Origin: a virus
Lineage: Duplodnaviria; Caudoviricetes
Reading direction: 5' to 3' (one strand)
Virus record (IMG/VR): IMGVR_UViG_3300032335_000729
Location: 1-39,609 of that record
Length of the DNA: 39,609 nucleotides
Shown here: in pieces, positions 39,285 through 39,609 of the stretch
Numbering within the stretch: position 1 is the first letter of the stretch
How the letters are laid out: each line of letters opens with the position of its first letter
Translations under genes and position numbers: made by a program
The notes under the pieces: model-generated
What the model was told of the DNA's origin: nothing
Databases searched by the model: none
Seen by the model: only the letters and a program-made list of their open reading frames with translations

Positions 39285-39608
39285 TTATTTTGTGGTCTTT
39301 TTTGTTAAATCTTCGTAGCCAAGACCCATTCCAATTCCAAATCCAGCCTTTTGGGCATTTACACCCTGCAAGGCAAGGACATCATTAGAGTTGGAGGCTT
39401 TGCCACCACTAAAGACTCTAGCCTTCATCTCTTCCCACTTATTGCTAGAACTTTGTCCACTATTCTTGTCTAGGTCTACACCCTGAAGAGCAGCAAAGAA
39501 TTTCTTTTCTTGGTAGTCAAGCTCTCTTTTTGACTCTAGTGTTGCCATTAATTCTGGCATAGATAGAGACAATTCTAATTGTTCATAGTCTTTCCAAATA
39601 CCCAGCAA
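39285..39608 (-). CDS. Tail assembly chaperone (gpT-like), probably 5'-truncated by the window edge
   Basis: W..Y..LE..LS..EL pattern; ORF runs to the window end. Confidence 0.6.
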   Translation of the reverse strand: MLGIWKDYEQLELSLSMPELMATLESKRELDYQEKKFFAALQGVDLDKNSGQSSSNKWEEMKARVFSGGKASNSNDVLALQGVNAQKAGFGIGMGLGYEDLTKKTTK

Positions 39609-39609
39609 A

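Overview
A 39.6-kb, very gene-dense segment of a large tailed dsDNA phage (Caudoviricetes, probably long-tailed). Every credible gene is on the minus strand. In transcription order (high to low coordinates): tail assembly chaperones, a 2461-aa tape measure protein and tail/baseplate genes; a replication/recombination block (DnaB, primase, SSB, DnaE-type Pol III alpha, MazG-like protein, NrdH, RecA, Hjc-like, Cas4-like and RuvC-like nucleases); terminase; then an accessory block. That block holds a secreted Ig-like protein, class Ib nrdI-nrdE-nrdF, a NIDO-like/Pro-Glu-stalk membrane cassette, a SAM methyltransferase, an HslV/proteasome-beta-like protease, a secreted S8 peptidase, a 36-aa basic peptide and tRNA-Asn. 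The NrdE/F/I/H sequences and apparent leaderless genes point to an actinobacterial host (inference). Signals the ORF track misses: three small genes; a probable ATT-initiated signal peptide; sigma70/SigA-type promoters embedded in gene ends; anti-SD hairpins that would form only on read-through RNA; a CIRCE-like palindrome; and a possible cargo region inside the tape measure protein. I saw no CRISPR array, intron, intein or transposon. All annotations come from reading motifs by eye, with no database searches.
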